Shown here in pieces: positions 19,031-29,857 of a stretch of 64,000 nucleotides of DNA. The position numbers were made by a program, and so were the translations under genes. How positions within the stretch are numbered: the stretch's first letter is position 1; every line of letters starts with the position of its first letter. Source of the stretch: an uncultured Fidelibacterota bacterium (GTDB lineage: Bacteria > Fidelibacterota > Marinisomatia > Marinisomatales > TCS55); NCBI GenBank assembly GCA_950067765.1, contig CATMGX010000001.1, forward strand, positions 9,519 through 73,518, written 5' to 3'. The notes beneath the pieces are model-generated. The model saw nothing but the letters and a program-made list of their open reading frames with translations, did not search any database and was not told the origin of the DNA.

Positions 19031-20401
19031 TTGATAATGGATCAATTGTTATTCACTGGTTTTTATCAGGATTTGGCTCCGTACCTTTCCGAAAGGAAAC
19101 ACACACGTTTACTAGTGGCGGTTTCCGGTGGGCTGGATTCGGTATGCCTTCTTCACCTTTCAACACAATTAAGAGAAAATACTCAGATTGAAGTGTGTGC
19201 TATCCATGTGAATCATGGTATTCGAAATGCGTCAATTGCAGAAGAAAAATTTGTTCGTGATTTATGTTCCACGCTAAATGTGGCATTAACAGTTATCCAA
19301 GCAGAGGGAAAATATCAAAAAGGCGATAGTATGGAAATGTGGGCACGGCGAATTCGGCAAGAAGCATTTGAGTCTACTCGGTTAAAAAAGAATTGTGACT
19401 TTCTATTAACCGCCCACCATGCCAATGATAATGTTGAAACTATCCTTATGCATATGGACGACGGGTGTGGGGTTGAAGGACTTCGCGGCATTCCAAAAAA
19501 GAATGGACAAATTATCCGTCCACTTATAAAATTTAGCCGAAGTGATATTGAGGGGTATGTCCATTTTCATAGTTTGAAATATATAGAGGATGAATCCAAT
19601 AAGGATGTGTCAATCAAACGAAATTATGTTCGTCATAAAATCGTAAAACCGTGGGAAGCTCAGGCGAGTCAAATTGTAAGTCGATTCAATAGTTTGTCTC
19701 AAAAAGCAACGGAATCCGTGGCTCGGATGAATGGTTTGGTTGCCAAACTTTCTGAAAAGGTTGAGGATCGGGATCATCAAAAATTGATTTATGATACATT
19801 GGCAATTAAATTATCGACAAACCAATTGGCTCGACTTGTGAAACATATTATTGGTGAAACAGATATTCCTTGGCGGCGGCATCGAAGGGAAGCATTAAAC
19901 CTGTGGTTTCATTCACCCAAGACCGGTTCGACCTTCAAGTTAAATAATCAATGGGCCATTTTACGAGACCGACACTGTTTTATCCTGAACCATGAAATTC
20001 AGAAAAAAATTGAATTGCCCATAAAAAGTATGGGTCGATTTGGCTTTGATGGTTTCAGTATTTCACTCAATAAAATTGAAGTACCATCCATGGATTTAAA
20101 TCCATTTCATGAAGTGATTGATGGAAGTATTCTGAATGGGAAACGACTATCAATTCGATCTTGGCAGAATGGGGATGTATTTCAGCCTTTGGGGATGGCG
20201 GGGCATAAAAAAGTGAGCGATTTTTTAGTGGATGAAAAAGTAGATTGCTTTACCAAGGAAAAACAACTTGTTTTAATGGCAAATGAAGAAATTATATGGG
20301 TATGCGGTCGACGGTTGAGTGACAAGGCAAAAATTACCCATTCTACTCAAAATTTTTTGGAACTTTCTATGCAAACAAAAGTTGGGGTATCTTGGACGTA
20401 A
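19031..20401 (+). CDS. tilS: tRNA(Ile)-lysidine synthase
   Basis: PP-loop SGGLDS, HHANDNVET and a C-terminal TilS_C-like KKVSDFLVDEKV. TTG at 19031 or ATG at 19037 as the start. Confidence 0.9.
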   Translation: MIMDQLLFTGFYQDLAPYLSERKHTRLLVAVSGGLDSVCLLHLSTQLRENTQIEVCAIHVNHGIRNASIAEEKFVRDLCSTLNVALTVIQAEGKYQKGDSMEMWARRIRQEAFESTRLKKNCDFLLTAHHANDNVETILMHMDDGCGVEGLRGIPKKNGQIIRPLIKFSRSDIEGYVHFHSLKYIEDESNKDVSIKRNYVRHKIVKPWEAQASQIVSRFNSLSQKATESVARMNGLVAKLSEKVEDRDHQKLIYDTLAIKLSTNQLARLVKHIIGETDIPWRRHRREALNLWFHSPKTGSTFKLNNQWAILRDRHCFILNHEIQKKIELPIKSMGRFGFDGFSISLNKIEVPSMDLNPFHEVIDGSILNGKRLSIRSWQNGDVFQPLGMAGHKKVSDFLVDEKVDCFTKEKQLVLMANEEIIWVCGRRLSDKAKITHSTQNFLELSMQTKVGVSWT

Positions 20402-20931
20402 ATAAAGAAAAATTAACTGAATTACTTTCCGAAAACCAAATTCAAGATAAGGTCAAGGAAATTGCTGCAGACATATCTCAAAAATATGCCGGTGAAGCAC
20501 CAATTTTGATTGGTATATTAAACGGAAGTTTTATTTTTTGTGCAGATCTCATTCGGGAATTGGACATAGACTGTGAAATTGATTTTATAAAGGTATCCAG
20601 TTATACTGGAACAGAATCTGTAGGAACCGTTAAACTACGGAAGGATATTTCTGCAGATATTACCAATCGTCATGTGATTATTGTGGAAGATATTATTGAT
20701 TCTGGTTTAACGATAAAATTTATTAAAGACCGAATGTTAGAAGCTGGTCCAAAATCAGTGGCTATTGTAACCCTATTAATGAAGCCAGATATAGCAAAAC
20801 TTGATTTTAAGATTGATTGGGTTGGGTTTGAAATTCCACCTGAATTTGTTGTAGGATACGGTCTGGATTATGACCAATTATACAGAAACTTGAAGGCAAT
20901 TTATCGCCTAGAAGCATTAGAGAGTGAGTAA
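20392..20931 (+). CDS. hpt: Hypoxanthine phosphoribosyltransferase
   Basis: PRPP-binding VIIVEDIIDSGLT and VGYGLDY motifs. Part of the conserved tilS-hpt-ftsH order. TTG start, with no in-frame ATG nearby. Confidence 0.9.
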   Translation: MDVNKEKLTELLSENQIQDKVKEIAADISQKYAGEAPILIGILNGSFIFCADLIRELDIDCEIDFIKVSSYTGTESVGTVKLRKDISADITNRHVIIVEDIIDSGLTIKFIKDRMLEAGPKSVAIVTLLMKPDIAKLDFKIDWVGFEIPPEFVVGYGLDYDQLYRNLKAIYRLEALESE

Positions 20932-22972
20932 CGTGAATTCTAAAAAGCAAAATAGATCGAAGAATAACAAACCACAAGGGCGGAATAAATCGCCCAAGAA
21001 ATCGAAAAAGGATGGGAAAAACATAGAACAGTTTCAATGGAAACGAGCAGGAAAAACCAGTTTTGTCTGGGTTTTAATTATTATATCGGCTGTCTTTTTA
21101 TCCAACTTATTTAACAGTAAAGGTGCGGATGAATTTGAAATTCAATATTCCGAATATAGAAGTTTCCTCACCGGGGGATTGATTGCGGAAGCCCGGGTTG
21201 TAGATGAAATTTTCCATGGTGAATTATCCGAACAGCAGATGATTATCAATCCAGCAGGCATGTCAAAGGAAATCGTTCGATTTCGGTTAAAACTCCCCTT
21301 TATTGATCGGGAGGTTATGAATGAGTGGGATAAGTATAATGTGGACTATACTTTCAGACAGAAATCGGTTGATTGGACCGGATACTTTTTGAATTTCCTC
21401 CCATGGATTGCTATCTTGGCGTTTTGGATTTTCCTCATGCGGAAAATGCAGGGCGGCGCCGGAGGAATGAAATCCATTTTTAATTTTGGAAAAAGTCGTG
21501 CAAAAGTTTGGACTTCGGATAAACCAAAAGTTACTTTTGATCATGTGGCTGGGTGTGTGGAGGCGAAGGAAGAATTGATGGAAATCGTGGATTTTCTTAA
21601 AAGACCCAAACGATATCAAAAACTGGGTGCAAAAATTCCCAGAGGCGTACTGTTAGTGGGCCCTCCCGGTGCCGGTAAGACATTGTTGGCCCGGGCGGTT
21701 GCGGGAGAGGCAAATGTAGCTTTCTTCAACCTTAGCGGCGCTGATTTTGTTGAAATGTTTGTGGGGGTTGGTGCCTCTCGTGTAAGAGATTTATTTGAGC
21801 AAGGGAAGAAGAATCAACCTTGTATTATTTTTATTGATGAATTAGATGCGGTGGGTCGTCAACGCGGCGCCGGCTTAGGCGGTGGGCACGACGAACGTGA
21901 GCAAACGCTTAATGCTTTATTGGTAGAAATGGACGGGTTTGAGCCCAATGAAGATATAATTTTGATGGCCGCAACAAACCGACCGGATGTGCTGGATTCA
22001 GCCCTCCTTCGTCCGGGACGATTTGACCGACAGATTATTGTGGATGTTCCTGATTTAAGAGGACGATTAGGTATTCTGAAAGTTCATACGAAAAATATTG
22101 TAATGAATAAGCGCAATGTGAAATTGGACGCTATTGCAAAAGGAACACCGGGCATGGTGGGTGCGGATCTTGAAAACCTCGTGAATGAAGCAGCCCTATT
22201 GGCGGCAAGGAAGAAAAAACGATCTGTGGATATGTCCGATTTTGAGGAAGCGAAAGATAAGGTCATGATGGGTGTTCAACGGAAAAGTATTGTTTTGTCT
22301 GAAGAAGAGAAGAAAACTACAGCCTATCATGAGGCAGGCCATACGCTTGTGGCAGTAAAAACCGAAGGGGCAGACCCGGTTCATAAGGTAACCATTATTC
22401 CCCGAGGACGGGCTTTGGGTGTTACCATGCAGCTTCCCATTGACGAAAAACATGGATATACGCGAGAATATATTGAAGGTCGATTGGCTATATTAATGGG
22501 AGGTCGTGCCGCAGAAGAACTCATCTTTAATGAACTTACAACCGGCGCAGGGAATGATATTGAGCAGGCAACCAAAATTGCTCGGAAAATGGTCTGTGAG
22601 TGGGGTATGAGCGATGTGTTGGGCCCCATGACTTTTGGTAAGAAAAATGAAGAAATATTCTTGGGTAGAGAAATTCAAAGTCACCGGGATTATTCGGAAG
22701 CGACGGCGCGGATGATTGATGAAGAAGTAGTACGGATAGTGCGTAAAGCTCAGGGTAACGCACAACGCGTCCTAAAAGACAATATTGAACAACTCCATAA
22801 CCTGTCTAAAGCATTGCTGAAACACGAAACGATTAATGGTGATGAAGTGCAGGCGGTGATGGATGGGAAACAGATTAAACGGTCAAAAAATGGATCGACG
22901 GGAAAACCGAAGAAAAGACGGCGTCGACGGAAACCGAATCAGCAAAAACAACAGAAATCTGAAACGGAATAA
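20924..22972 (+). CDS. ftsH: ATP-dependent zinc metalloprotease FtsH
   Basis: Walker A GPPGAGKT, Walker [12 protein letters not shown] region and zinc motif HEAGH. GTG start at 20924 or 20933. Carries Lys/Arg-rich N- and C-terminal tails. Confidence 0.95.
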   Translation: MSNVNSKKQNRSKNNKPQGRNKSPKKSKKDGKNIEQFQWKRAGKTSFVWVLIIISAVFLSNLFNSKGADEFEIQYSEYRSFLTGGLIAEARVVDEIFHGELSEQQMIINPAGMSKEIVRFRLKLPFIDREVMNEWDKYNVDYTFRQKSVDWTGYFLNFLPWIAILAFWIFLMRKMQGGAGGMKSIFNFGKSRAKVWTSDKPKVTFDHVAGCVEAKEELMEIVDFLKRPKRYQKLGAKIPRGVLLVGPPGAGKTLLARAVAGEANVAFFNLSGADFVEMFVGVGASRVRDLFEQGKKNQPCIIFIDELDAVGRQRGAGLGGGHDEREQTLNALLVEMDGFEPNEDIILMAATNRPDVLDSALLRPGRFDRQIIVDVPDLRGRLGILKVHTKNIVMNKRNVKLDAIAKGTPGMVGADLENLVNEAALLAARKKKRSVDMSDFEEAKDKVMMGVQRKSIVLSEEEKKTTAYHEAGHTLVAVKTEGADPVHKVTIIPRGRALGVTMQLPIDEKHGYTREYIEGRLAILMGGRAAEELIFNELTTGAGNDIEQATKIARKMVCEWGMSDVLGPMTFGKKNEEIFLGREIQSHRDYSEATARMIDEEVVRIVRKAQGNAQRVLKDNIEQLHNLSKALLKHETINGDEVQAVMDGKQIKRSKNGSTGKPKKRRRRRKPNQQKQQKSETE

Positions 22973-23056
22973 AAATTACGGATAGAAAGTTAGCTAAACC
23001 TTCAAGGATTAGTTTACTTGGGTACTCGCGGTTTAGAAACTTTACTGAACACTTGA

Positions 23057-23092
23057 AAGCCTTGTCCCGATTAATCGGGATGAGGCTTTTTT
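23057..23092. terminator. Rho-independent terminator between the convergent ftsH and minus-strand small ORF
   Basis: AAGCCT-TGT-CCCGAT-TA-ATCGGG-ATG-AGGCTT forms a long hairpin (outer 6 bp plus inner 5-6 bp). It is followed by T6 on the plus strand. The A-run on the other side can serve the minus-strand ORF. Confidence 0.7.
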
Positions 23093-23237
23093 AATAGCCA
23101 TTATTCCATTCTTCATAAATGGTCAACTGCTCTTCGATTTCTTCATCTGCGATTTCAAATTGTTTCTCTAAATCACTTTTGTGTTTTAGACTGACAAATG
23201 CCCCTGTTACAAGTAATAGAATGGATGCATAAAAGTA

Positions 23238-23435
23238 CTAATCCAAACCTGAGTTGTATGCTAAACCACAAATTATAGTTGATAAGATTAATCTATAAAT
23301 GAGTGGAAAAATATATTCCTTCTTTTTCTTGGAAATATTTTCCCAAATTACTTCTTTGGTGGGATTCTTTGGATCGTCATAACCAAGGACGAGTCCGAGA
23401 TCTTTATGAAATGAAAGTGGATTCAGATTGGACAT
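23238..23435 (-). CDS. Hypothetical small membrane protein (65 aa up to an in-frame TAG; the frame continues for 48 more codons to 23091)
   Basis: ORF-track entry with a hydrophobic C-terminal half. After the TAG at 23238-23240 the same frame reads YFYASILLLVTGAFVSLKHKSDLEKQFEIADEEIEEQLTIYEEWNNGY, then TAA at 23091-23093. Confidence 0.4.
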   Translation of the reverse strand: MSNLNPLSFHKDLGLVLGYDDPKNPTKEVIWENISKKKKEYIFPLIYRLILSTIICGLAYNSGLD

Positions 23436-23596
23436 AGTGTTTCCACAGGATTAATTATCTAAAGTTTACTCATTTTCTGAAATATAACCAATAAAGTCTA
23501 TTTTATATTTAATATATGGGGCGAAGACCGTATAAAATTTAAAATATCAATCGAATTCGTTCCTAATTTCTCGTCTGTATTTTTCGCAAATATTTA

Positions 23597-24433
23597 ATGA
23601 ATAACACCCAATTTCAATCCTGGCTAAATAAGCCATCCAATACCCTGATTATGGGTATCCTCAATGTAACGCAGGATTCCTTCAGCGATGGGGGGAAGTT
23701 TGATACGCCGGAACAGGCGGCCACCCATGCAATAAAAATGATTGAGGACGGTGCGGATATAATTGATATCGGCGGCGAATCTACTCGTCCCGGTGCTGAA
23801 CCCGTATCATTGGAAGAAGAATTGAACCGGACGATTCCCGTGATTGAGGCGATTCGAAAACAATCTGATTGTGTTATTTCCATTGATACATATAAATCAA
23901 AAGTGGCCTCCGCGGCATTGAATGCGGGCGCCAATTTGGTGAATGATATTTCTGGACTTACTTTTGATGAGGGCATAGCTCCATTGGTTGCGGAAAAGAA
24001 TGTACCTGTTATTTTGATGCATATCAAAGGAACGCCGAGGGATATGCAAAAAGAGCCCCATTATGAAGATCTTATGGGAGAGATAAAAGATTTTTTTACA
24101 GCACAAATAGTCAAAGCAAAAAAAGCAGGCATTTCGAATACAAATATCATACTCGACCCGGGAATTGGGTTCGGAAAACGATTGGAAGATAATTTTGAAT
24201 TGATCCGTGAATTGAAGCAAATTTGCGCTATGGGATATCCCGTTTTAATTGGTCCTTCCCGGAAATCGTTTATCGGCACGGCACTTAACCTGCCGGTGAC
24301 TGAACGATTGGAAGGCACCTTGGCGTCCATCACTGCCGGTGTGATGAATGGTGCCCGTATTGTCCGGGTCCATGATGTCGTCTCCGTTCTTCGTACCGTC
24401 ACCATCACCGAAAAAATCATGGGAATGAATTAG
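23597..24433 (+). CDS. folP: Dihydropteroate synthase
   Basis: GILNVTQDSFSDGG, DIGGESTRPG and DPGIGFGK motifs. Confidence 0.95.
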   Translation: MNNTQFQSWLNKPSNTLIMGILNVTQDSFSDGGKFDTPEQAATHAIKMIEDGADIIDIGGESTRPGAEPVSLEEELNRTIPVIEAIRKQSDCVISIDTYKSKVASAALNAGANLVNDISGLTFDEGIAPLVAEKNVPVILMHIKGTPRDMQKEPHYEDLMGEIKDFFTAQIVKAKKAGISNTNIILDPGIGFGKRLEDNFELIRELKQICAMGYPVLIGPSRKSFIGTALNLPVTERLEGTLASITAGVMNGARIVRVHDVVSVLRTVTITEKIMGMN

Positions 24434-25210
24434 ATGATTCTGTTTAAAATCGGTTTTCTGACGGTCACCTTAATTGATGTGATTGACTTGCTTCTGGTGA
24501 GTTGGCTGTTTTTCAAAGTATATATTTACTTTAAAGGTACGCGTGCCGGACAAATGTTAGCCGGGCTCATTATTCTCATGGTGGGTTCATTCCTCTTTAA
24601 CGCTTTTGGTCTCAGCGCATCCAGTTGGCTGGTCAATCAATTCCAAACGGTGTGGGTGGTGGCCTTTGTCATTCTATTCCAACCGGAACTACGGCGTCTT
24701 TTAATCTATGTGGGTCAAACAAGATTTTTCCAAAAGATATTTCGTGTGGGAACATCCAGAACAATTATATCTATTGTGGAAGGGGCTACTCAGCTTCAAG
24801 AACGGCATTGGGGCGGGCTAATCGTGATTCAACGGGAAACGGGTCTTAAATCTTACAAAGATCAAGGGACTCAGCTAAAAGCGGAAGTAACCGCTCCTTT
24901 ACTCGTGTCTATTTTTAATCCATCTTCTCCACTCCATGATGGAGCGGTTATTATACAAAATGACATTATTGATGCGGCGGCGTGTATTTTGCCGCTGACT
25001 GAAAGTACCATGATTGATCCGGAAATGGGTACACGTCATCGTGCAGCATTGGGCATTTCTGAAGAGACTGATGCGATTGTTGTATTGATTTCGGAAGAAA
25101 AAGCACGGATTTCCGTGGCTGAAAATGGTCGGTTTGCTCATATTGGTATGGATGATATTGCCCTGAGAAAATATTTAAATGATCGAATGTTTATTGCTTC
25201 TGGAGATTAA
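24434..25210 (+). CDS. cdaA: Diadenylate cyclase CdaA (DisA_N domain, three N-terminal TM helices)
   Basis: HDGAVIIQ and GTRHRAALGISEETDA motifs of DAC domains. Sits immediately after folP. Confidence 0.9.
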   Translation: MILFKIGFLTVTLIDVIDLLLVSWLFFKVYIYFKGTRAGQMLAGLIILMVGSFLFNAFGLSASSWLVNQFQTVWVVAFVILFQPELRRLLIYVGQTRFFQKIFRVGTSRTIISIVEGATQLQERHWGGLIVIQRETGLKSYKDQGTQLKAEVTAPLLVSIFNPSSPLHDGAVIIQNDIIDAAACILPLTESTMIDPEMGTRHRAALGISEETDAIVVLISEEKARISVAENGRFAHIGMDDIALRKYLNDRMFIASGD

Positions 25211-25255
25211 TTATATTTGTCGCTCTAAGTTTGTGGAAGGGGGACAGAAAAACAT

Positions 25256-26002
25256 ATGTCAATTTTAAGTTACACAATCCTCAGCGTTTTGCTTGTGAGT
25301 CTTGTTTCTTTAGCCGGCGTTATCACACTTTCACTGTCAGGAAAAACGCTAGATCGAATCATGACCTACTTGGTGAGCTTCGCTACAGGAAGTCTTTTTG
25401 GTGGTGCGTTGATTCACCTCTTGCCGGAAGCCTACGCAACAGCCGACAATCCCCTTTACGTATCATTGTGGACGATTGGCGGTCTTGCAACATTTTTTGT
25501 GATGGAAAAATTCTTTCGGTGGCGCCATTGCCATCATCCAACGACAGAGGATCACATCCACCCGGTGGTCCCCATGAATATTTTTGGTGACGCCATGCAT
25601 AATTTTATTGATGGTGTCCTCATTGCCATCAGTTATGCTGCCAGTATTCCATTGGGGGTTGCAACTACGACCGCCGTGCTTTTCCATGAAATCCCCCAAG
25701 AAATCAGTGATTATTCTATTTTAATTAATGGAGGACTTTCAGTCAAAAAAGCATTAATAGTGAATTTTTTCAGTGCATCGTTAGCTTTAGTTGGTGCATT
25801 ATTTGCTCTTCAGATGGGAAAAAATATTTCAGGATTTACAGAAGCACTTGTGCCGCTTACAGCTGGTGGATTTCTCTATATTGCTGGTTCTGATTTGATT
25901 CCTGAACTTCACCATAATACAGATGTTAAAAAATCCATTATTCAATTATTGATGCTGATTGCAGGCGTGGCAGTTATGACTGTATTAGCGATAAAATTCT
26001 AA
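25256..26002 (+). CDS. ZIP-family divalent metal transporter
   Basis: HEIPQEISDY motif, His-rich loop (RWRHCHHPTTEDHIHP) and a roughly eight-TM profile. Confidence 0.85.
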   Translation: MSILSYTILSVLLVSLVSLAGVITLSLSGKTLDRIMTYLVSFATGSLFGGALIHLLPEAYATADNPLYVSLWTIGGLATFFVMEKFFRWRHCHHPTTEDHIHPVVPMNIFGDAMHNFIDGVLIAISYAASIPLGVATTTAVLFHEIPQEISDYSILINGGLSVKKALIVNFFSASLALVGALFALQMGKNISGFTEALVPLTAGGFLYIAGSDLIPELHHNTDVKKSIIQLLMLIAGVAVMTVLAIKF

Positions 26003-26034
26003 AGATTATCAACGGCTTCTTGTTAATTTAATCT

Positions 26035-27154
26035 ATGGAATTATTTGATATAAAAGACCAATATGCCACTGCACAAAAAAAATACACAGAATTGCGGAGG
26101 TATCTTTGACCTATCCGTTAAACAAGCTGACTTAGAAAAAATGCGCCAGATATCGGCTTCGCCTGATTTTTGGAACGACAATACGGCAGCGTCAGCGCTC
26201 TTGAAAAAAATCTCTATTATTGAGAAAGAAATATCTCTTTGGGAAGTATTAGATACGATGCATGGAGATGTGGAAGTCCTCTTAGAATTTGCAGAAGCAG
26301 GGGAAGCGGATTTAAAGGAAGTAGAATTAGAACTCAATAAGTTTGTCACTACGATTGAGGATTTAGAACTAAAAATGATTCTCGGCGATGAGCAAGATAC
26401 ACAAAATGTTATTATGACAATTCACCCCGGCGCTGGCGGTACGGAAAGCCAGGATTGGGCGGAGATGCTATATCGTATGTATTCGCGTTGGATTGAGCGC
26501 AAAGGATTTAAAAAAGAGATTATGGATCTTCAACCGGGGGATGAAGCTGGAATTAAAAATTTAACAATGGAGATTAAAGGCGATTATGCCTACGGTTTAT
26601 TGAAAGCAGAAGCGGGTGTCCATCGATTGGTGCGAATATCACCATTTGATTCAAACAGCCGCCGCCATACGTCATTTGTGTCTGTATTTATATATCCATC
26701 ATCTGATGAAGAAATTGAAATTGAGATTGACCCGGGTGATTTGCGCATTGATACATATCGTGCCAGCGGTGCCGGGGGGCAACATGTGAACAAAACGGAT
26801 TCGGCCATTCGAATTACCCATTTGCCGTCGGGTATTGTAGTCCAATGTCAAAATGAACGGAGTCAGCATAAAAATAAAGCATCCGCTATGAAAGTGTTAA
26901 AAGCACGGCTGTACCAGGCAGAAGTTGAAAAAGAAAAAGAAGCTATGAAGGATTTGGAAGATACAAAACTGGATATTGGTTGGGGGAGCCAGATCCGATC
27001 TTACGTTTTTCATCCGTATAATATGGTAAAAGACCATCGAACTAAAGAAGAGACGGGAAATGTCTCTGCGGTAATGGATGGTAATATTGATAAGTTTATT
27101 CGGGCCTTTTTGATGAAGAAACTGGGCCGAAATATGGAACCACAGGAAGTTTAA
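26035..27154 (+). CDS. prfB: Peptide chain release factor 2, expressed through a programmed +1 frameshift at 26104-26110
   Basis: Frame 0 from ATG 26035 reads MELFDIKDQYATAQKKYTELRRYL, then TGA at 26107-26109. The +1 frame continues DLSVKQADLEKM... and carries SPF (ISPFDS) and GGQ (SGAGGQHVNKT). The ORF-track start at 26063 is an artefact of the shifted frame. Confidence 0.95.
26096..26110 (+). promoter_or_regulatory. prfB autoregulatory +1 frameshift cassette
   Basis: GGAGG TAT CTT TGA C: an internal SD-like element, 3-nt spacing, slippery CTT, then a TGA in weak context followed by C. This is essentially the E. coli prfB arrangement. Confidence 0.9.
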
Positions 27155-27159
27155 TAAAT

Positions 27160-28650
27160 ATGTCAGAAGATCACAAAAGTTTAAAACAGATTATCGATTT
27201 TCGTAAAGAAAAATTACAAAAACTAATTGATGGAGGCGTGGATCCCTATCCACAAAAATATGAGCCCACCCATTTCAGTATAGATATTTTGAATGATTTT
27301 GAAAATCTGGAAAATAATGATGTGAATGTTGCGGGGCGCATTATGTCCCTTCGTAAAATGGGAAAAGCATCCTTTTTTCATATCCAGGACGGAAAAGGAA
27401 AAATTCAGGTATTTACCCGAAGAGATGACGTAGGTGAAGAAAATTATGCCCATTTTAAATTACTGGATATTGGTGACTATGTGGGCGTTCAGGGATATGC
27501 ATTCAAGACAAAAATGGGTGAGAAATCTATTCATGCAAATTCAATTACGATTCTATGTAAATCCATTAGACCCTTACCGGTTGTGAAAGAAAAAGAAGGG
27601 GAAACATTTGACGCTTTCAGCGATAAAGAACAGCGTTACCGAAATCGACATCTGGATTTAATTGTGAATCCTGATGTGCGGGAGACATTTATAAAACGTG
27701 CAAAAATTATCCGTGGGTTAAGAGATCATTTAGATAATATGGGCTTTTTAGAAGTGGAAACACCGGTGCTTCAGCCCCTTTATGGCGGTGCAAATGCCCG
27801 GCCTTTTACCACCCATCACAATGCTCTGGATCAACAGCTTTATTTACGGATTGCGGATGAACTATACTTGAAACGGCTCATTATCGGGGGAATGGATCGT
27901 GTATATGAAATTGCCAAAGATTTCCGCAATGAAGGAATGGACCGAAATCATAATCCTGAATTCACTATGTTGGAATTTTACTGGGCTTATGCAGATTTTG
28001 AAGATAATATGAATTTGGTTGAAGATATGATTCAAAGTGTTGCAAAAAGTATAGATGCTTTGCAGGTGACTTGGGGAGAGATGGATATAGATTTATCCAA
28101 ACCATTTCAGCGACGACCTCTTTTAGAATTACTCAAGGATGTGACTGGAGAAGATTTAACAGAAGCATCGGTTGAACAAATGAAAAAGATATGTAAATCC
28201 AATAATATTGAAGTGGAAGAAAATGCCAATTATGGTCAAATGTTGGACGAATTAATGTGCGCATTAGTTGAGCCAAACTTAATTCAACCCACTTTTGTAA
28301 CGGATTATCCCAAAGCTATTTCACCTTTGGCCAAAAAACATCGTAACGGAAATCCTCATTTAGTCGAACGATTTGAATTATTTATTGGTGGAGCGGAATT
28401 CGCCAATGCATTTACAGAGTTGAATGACCCCATCGATCAGCGGGAACGGTTTGAATCCCAGGCCCGATTGGCAGAAGGTGGAGATGAAGAAGCTCATCCC
28501 GTAGATGAAAATTTTCTTCAAGCAATGGAAACAGGTATGCCACCTACAGGTGGTGTTGGAATAGGCGTGGATCGATTGGTCATGCTCTTGACGGAAAATG
28601 TGACAATTAAGGATGTGATTCTTTTTCCGGCTATGCGAACAGAAGAGTAA
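27160..28650 (+). CDS. lysS: Lysine--tRNA ligase (class II)
   Basis: OB-fold N-domain and class II core with FRNEG, TMLEFYWAY and GGVGIGVDRLVM motifs. Conserved prfB-lysS pairing. Confidence 0.95.
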   Translation: MSEDHKSLKQIIDFRKEKLQKLIDGGVDPYPQKYEPTHFSIDILNDFENLENNDVNVAGRIMSLRKMGKASFFHIQDGKGKIQVFTRRDDVGEENYAHFKLLDIGDYVGVQGYAFKTKMGEKSIHANSITILCKSIRPLPVVKEKEGETFDAFSDKEQRYRNRHLDLIVNPDVRETFIKRAKIIRGLRDHLDNMGFLEVETPVLQPLYGGANARPFTTHHNALDQQLYLRIADELYLKRLIIGGMDRVYEIAKDFRNEGMDRNHNPEFTMLEFYWAYADFEDNMNLVEDMIQSVAKSIDALQVTWGEMDIDLSKPFQRRPLLELLKDVTGEDLTEASVEQMKKICKSNNIEVEENANYGQMLDELMCALVEPNLIQPTFVTDYPKAISPLAKKHRNGNPHLVERFELFIGGAEFANAFTELNDPIDQRERFESQARLAEGGDEEAHPVDENFLQAMETGMPPTGGVGIGVDRLVMLLTENVTIKDVILFPAMRTEE

Positions 28651-28660
28651 AATATCACTG

Positions 28661-29857
28661 GTGAATTTCCCTTTTTATTTATCAATACGATACCTCAGGT
28701 CAACACAAAAAGGGAGTTTTACCCGTATTGCCGGTATCCTTTCTGTGGCAGGGCTTGCCGTTGGAATATCGGCACTCCTCATTACATTATTTATTCTCAA
28801 TGGATTCGAAAGGGTAATCTCAGAAAAAATTGCTGACTTTGATGGCCACATCCGTGTCCGCCATTATTTAAACAATTCCATTCCGTCAGAAATTGAAGGA
28901 ATGAATCAAATAATTTCAGCTTATGATGGTAAAGTGGTTCAATCAAAATTTATTCAAGGCACTGCTTTATTGCGAAAAGGGAAATCCGCAGAAGGTGTAA
29001 TCGTTGAGGGCATTGAGTCATCCGGAAATGATTTCCTTTCAAATATATTAGTCAGTGGAACTGTAGATTTGGATGATCACGGAATCATTCTTGGAGAACG
29101 GTTAGCGAATCAGTTGAATATTGGCATTGGAGATAAAACTGTTCTATTTGATTTAGCCACATTAAGAGGATCCAAAAAACGACTAAAACAATTTACGGTT
29201 ACTGGAATTTTTCATTCCGGTATGTCTGAATATGATCAGTCTCTTGTTTATACAAACTTGAAACAGGCAGATGGTTTATTTAATATGGAAGGGAAAGTAT
29301 CCGGTCATGTGCTGCGAATGAACGATCCGGCATTGGCAAATGATTTTTCCCAATTATTAGGAGAAGAATTGGCCTATCCATATATGGTCATGACCTGGAA
29401 AGAAAAAAACCGTGCCTTGTTCAAATGGATGGATGTTCAGCGCTGGCCAATTTTATTTATTTTCAGCCTCATCGCTCTGGTGGGTATTGTGAATATTATA
29501 TCGGCGTTGGCCATGATTGTTCTGGATAAAACACGTCAAATCGGTATTCTGAAATCTTTAGGGTTGCCTCAAGGAAAGTTGAAACAGGTCTTTCTTGCCA
29601 AAGGATTTATCATCGGAGTGGCTGGTGCTGTTTTCGGTTCTGCGCTGGCTCTTTTTCTTGCCTGGTTGCAGAATCATTATAAACTAATTACCGTACCTGA
29701 AGATGTGTATTTTATGGATTTTATCCCCGTGGATGTGAATTTGGCTCATGTGGGCATTGTGATAATAGTTTCTGTTATTTTCTCCGTGATTGCCGCAATA
29801 TGGCCTACCATCCGCGCTGGGAAAATTCAACCGGCAAAGGCATTGAATTACGAATGA
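28661..29857 (+). CDS. Lipoprotein-releasing system permease, LolC/LolE (FtsX) family
   Basis: N-terminal TM, large periplasmic MacB-like domain and C-terminal FtsX 3-TM bundle (LKSLGL...). GTG start. Confidence 0.8.
   Translation: MNFPFYLSIRYLRSTQKGSFTRIAGILSVAGLAVGISALLITLFILNGFERVISEKIADFDGHIRVRHYLNNSIPSEIEGMNQIISAYDGKVVQSKFIQGTALLRKGKSAEGVIVEGIESSGNDFLSNILVSGTVDLDDHGIILGERLANQLNIGIGDKTVLFDLATLRGSKKRLKQFTVTGIFHSGMSEYDQSLVYTNLKQADGLFNMEGKVSGHVLRMNDPALANDFSQLLGEELAYPYMVMTWKEKNRALFKWMDVQRWPILFIFSLIALVGIVNIISALAMIVLDKTRQIGILKSLGLPQGKLKQVFLAKGFIIGVAGAVFGSALALFLAWLQNHYKLITVPEDVYFMDFIPVDVNLAHVGIVIIVSVIFSVIAAIWPTIRAGKIQPAKALNYE

Noticed and set aside
22973-23056. Possible structured RNA in the ftsH 3' region (CTAAACC/GGTTTAG and TTCAAG/CTTGAA pairings)
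   Set aside because: These are short helices with large loops in an 84-nt segment, easily explained by chance. I know of no matching RNA family.
26063-26110. ORF-track start of RF2 at 26063 (MPLHKKNTQNCGGIF...)
   Set aside because: These residues come from the +1 frame upstream of the frameshift site. The real N-terminus is in frame 0 from ATG 26035.
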